Below are positions 60,708 through 64,000 of a DNA stretch of 64,000 bases, one piece after another (the stretch's first letter is position 1; the number at the start of each line of letters is the position of its first letter). The stretch is taken from the NCBI GenBank assembly GCA_037447605.1, contig CM074808.1, positions 1,240,001 to 1,304,000 on the forward strand. Direction: 5' to 3'. The position numbers and the translations under genes are program-made. The notes beneath the pieces were generated by a model. That model saw only the letters and a program-made list of their open reading frames with translations, searched no databases and had not been told where the DNA came from. This DNA is from Zygnema circumcarinatum SAG 698-1b (Eukaryota > Plantae > Zygnematophyceae).

Positions 60708-63700
60708 ACTAGAGGTCTGGTTCATGCGGCTTCTATGTATCGCCCACGTTAATGAAAGCTCCTCTTGTGTAGGAGTGCTCCTCTGCGTCGTGTGCAGAAT
60801 GCCTTCGTTTCTATCCTTTCTGACCACACTAGCTTTCACAATGTCCTTGGCAATGACTTCACAATTGTTCAACGTTCTCTTGCAAACAGGACATACACAT
60901 GCATTTGTAATATAGCTTGTTTGTGGTTGTTCTCGTTGTTTCTTTGCCCTTGCCAGGAGGATGTGGAGATGTTTGACGTGTGTAAAAGTCGGTCTTTTCC
61001 ATCCACTAAGTCATATTTTCACAACTCCGATGTCTGCTGGCAGTTAATAAACCGTGCCTCTCTCAACTACACGTCTGGCAAGGAGAGCTGAAGCGGCCTA
61101 TTTCTTCCCATGAACTAATGGTGTACAGTATAAGGGTTTGCACGCCAGGCACAATTTTGTACTGTAGCAGTAAACGAGACCATCTAGTATACGGCAGTAT
61201 AGAAGATGCTGAAGAAAATGTTGAAGTTAGCTGTCTTTTTGCTTGACAGCATTATACACGCAGCATATTCTGCAGAATTGCAGATTATCGAGCTGAAGGA
61301 AGATTTCTCAGTTTACAATATCGATTTTATTCAAATAATTCTTATCCTATTTTCATTTTTGTATAGATGCCAGCTTTATACATCATTTGATCAATGCGTA
61401 GCTCTGTTTTTGCTCACACCAGTAGAGTTATCATGTCTATTTCTCCCGAAACTCAGAAGAGGGCAAGGAGACCATGAAGCATTGAGGAGCAACGTTACAC
61501 TTCAGCATCTAAAAGAATGACGAGCATTCCTCAAATCCGACCAACAGGAAGACGAAAGCATGAAAGGTTCAATCAGTAACGATTACATAAAACGGAACTC
61601 CACCATCCATCTCGCAGCCAAGTAAACTTCCCACGTTGACCTTTTTATTCCATAAATCATATCGCAACAAATTAGATAAAGATGTAATCAAAGCGGATAA
61701 ACAAGGAATGCTGCGGGAGACAACACAACAACATCAACCGAATGGCGAAGACAAGATCGGTTGGAGACGTCTCCTCCTGTAAGCAAACAAAAATAGGACA
61801 AACATCAGGGTCACCTACTACTTGCTTTCATAATGTGACAACGACTTAAGGCGCAGGACAACAGACCAAATCTCCAAAGCCCACATCAGAAGTCCTCTCA
61901 GGTTTAAAAACTAAAATCCAACAAATAGACTTTCAATTGGAGTAGAACTCATTCCATGGAAACCGGATGTGGCAAGGCTACAATCGGAAGGGTCCTAGGC
62001 TTGTGAGCCTACCCACCGGAACGATCACCCAACCTGAATTGTTCTAGGCCCAGCAGAAGGAGTTGCTAAACAAGCTAAGCGACTCCTCGTGCGGACATAG
62101 AAATCCAGCACACCCCGGGCCATGAAGTTAATGCGAACTAGCTAAACTTATACACAACCAGCATGGGAGGCACAATTGACAGATGCCAGTCGTCACAAAT
62201 TTGACAGAAGTCTATTACAGAGCCCTCAAAGAAAAAGAAAAACATGTTCTCAAAGCCACAATACATAGAAGACACTCGCCTACTGACAAAACTGGGATCA
62301 ATCCATTCACAAATCGAGCACAAAACCACGACGTGGGCTGCAGCGTAACGAAGCCTCAGTTGAAAGATGGTGATTTTGGTTCTTAATCATGGTAATCAGG
62401 AGTTTTCGGACTGTATTTACATCAATGGCAACGGCTGCAGCCCACAGATTGAGAGTTGACCTGCTATTCATGCCAACCGGAATCTACATACTTTTGCATA
62501 AAAACACATACCTGTAGAAATCGTCTGGCTGCTTGCTGGCGCGAATTACACCACAGTTTATAGACCTGCACAACAAAACAGTTTGAAAGAAAGTTGAGGA
62601 CACACTGGAGAGTAGTGCCAAATTGAACGAGCAGATTGGAGATGCGGAACATGTGGCGTAGAAAGGAGGCCATCAGCTAGTGGTGCATGTTGCGTCCGCA
62701 GAGATGACTCAGAACAGGTCTATGAAAAGTCTCATCATGCGGCCTCCCTTCCGCCTGCCTAAAAAAATATTTTGATCGCAGTCCAAAGACCGCACATCAT
62801 CCTTCAATTCTATCGCCCAGGTGAGAGTCCTTATCTTAATCAGGATACAATCGTCGGCATCCAAGATTTCAAAGCAATCCAAACGTGCAGTTCAAAGACA
62901 GAACCTCCTCAGACGGTCACGTAAGACTTGTAATCACCAGTAAACTCCTCACAAGCCAATCCTCATAATCATACACACTATTCTCTCAAGAAGCATTTGA
63001 GTCTCAAAAACAAAATTACGCAGCGTACATGAAGCAGCTATTCCCTACAGTGCAGCACATGACCACATTTCGCCTCAGAGCCGAACAAAGTCCCCCCGAA
63101 ACCCCTTTCATTTCCCGTAAACGCTAGTCCTCTCAAACTCTCCCCTGATCGACAGCACATGCAGGAGCCACCTGCTGCCGCTCTGCACAAAGAAGCAATT
63201 CGAAGATAAGACAAGATAAGCTCCCCTCACCTGCCAGGAAGCCCCGGCCGCCGCCAGCCGCCATGGCGCCTGCACGCAAGAGTCCTCTCCAAAGACTCAA
63301 ATGGCGACTGGGATTATAGGAGGGCTGCCAAAAGCGGAGGGGCCGCACCGCCGTCCGATCACCACATTCGAATCGGACGGCGGTCAGACGATCTCTCGAC
63401 TGTACGGTTGGAAATTATTTTTGGTTTTTTTTGACGAATTTCAGAAATGTCGGCAGCCACTCATGGTCTACCACGTGTCGTGACAACATTCGTTGCCGAC
63501 TCTATCCACCTGCCCGGACCGCCGCCATTCACATGCGACAAATCGTTGAAATTCGTTCTTTGAAACTGCCGTTCTTTGCCACAAATGCGGTAAAAAATTA
63601 TTTGGTCCGTACTGCCGGCTGGATAATCCACGAATTTCAATGTCCTTGTCAGCATTACCACGTGTCAAATCCGGACCAATATAATCTCACCTTAACACGA

Positions 63701-64000
63701 GCGAATCCACCGACCAGCCGCCCATATTTCCAGCTATTGACGATCTCCCGCAGCCTGCCACGTGTTCTATATCTGATTGGCACATGATTTTGCGGATCTT
63801 TCCCTTCCGTTCTGGGCCAATCGCAGCACGCGGTGGTACTGACATGGCGTCCCCCGCGGGAAGCGCCGCGATCGGCGGGGCATATGCGTCGCCGCGATAC
63901 GCGCGCCGACACGGCGGGGAGAGCCCCGCGAGCTCCCCGGCGCCACGTGGCGCTCCGCTCGGGGCGCGGGCCGGGGCATTATGCACCGCCGGGTTGAAGG

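Noticed and set aside
61500-63264. Possible minus-strand gene starting MAAGGGRGFLAG at 63264 with several splice-like sites
   Set aside because: No consistent reading frame or recognisable domain could be assembled by eye. RNA-seq is needed.

Overview
This is a 64-kb window of gene-dense, GC-rich, intron-containing eukaryotic nuclear DNA. Plant-type gene products, GC-rich introns and a minor-spliceosome intron suggest a streptophyte alga or early-diverging plant (inference). It holds about nine recognisable multi-exon genes: an SP-RING/zf-MIZ protein (+), a ZIP metal transporter (-), a NUDX23-like Nudix hydrolase (-), a plant AAA+ ATPase (+), a LURP-one-related protein (+), a C2-like protein (+), signal peptidase subunit SPCS2 (-), NADPH:adrenodoxin oxidoreductase (-) and threonine synthase (+). 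There is also one small unknown ORF. The intergenic DNA is packed with non-autonomous DNA transposons from at least three families: (i) an 8-bp-TSD, CACAG-ended element whose interior is an expandable palindromic minisatellite; (ii) a long-TIR foldback family with 8-bp TSDs; (iii) AGGGGG-ended MITEs with 3-bp ANT TSDs, confirmed by an empty homologous site in the window. Other features are a decayed zinc-finger/RT/RLE (CRE-like) non-LTR retrotransposon directly downstream of the reductase gene, degenerate telomere-type arrays of two periodicities, a U12 AT-AC intron, GC-AG introns, three 10-N gaps and a ~2-kb duplication across one gap that is probably an assembly artefact. No rRNA, tRNA or CRISPR feature is supported. 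Exon boundaries were read by eye and some are approximate.
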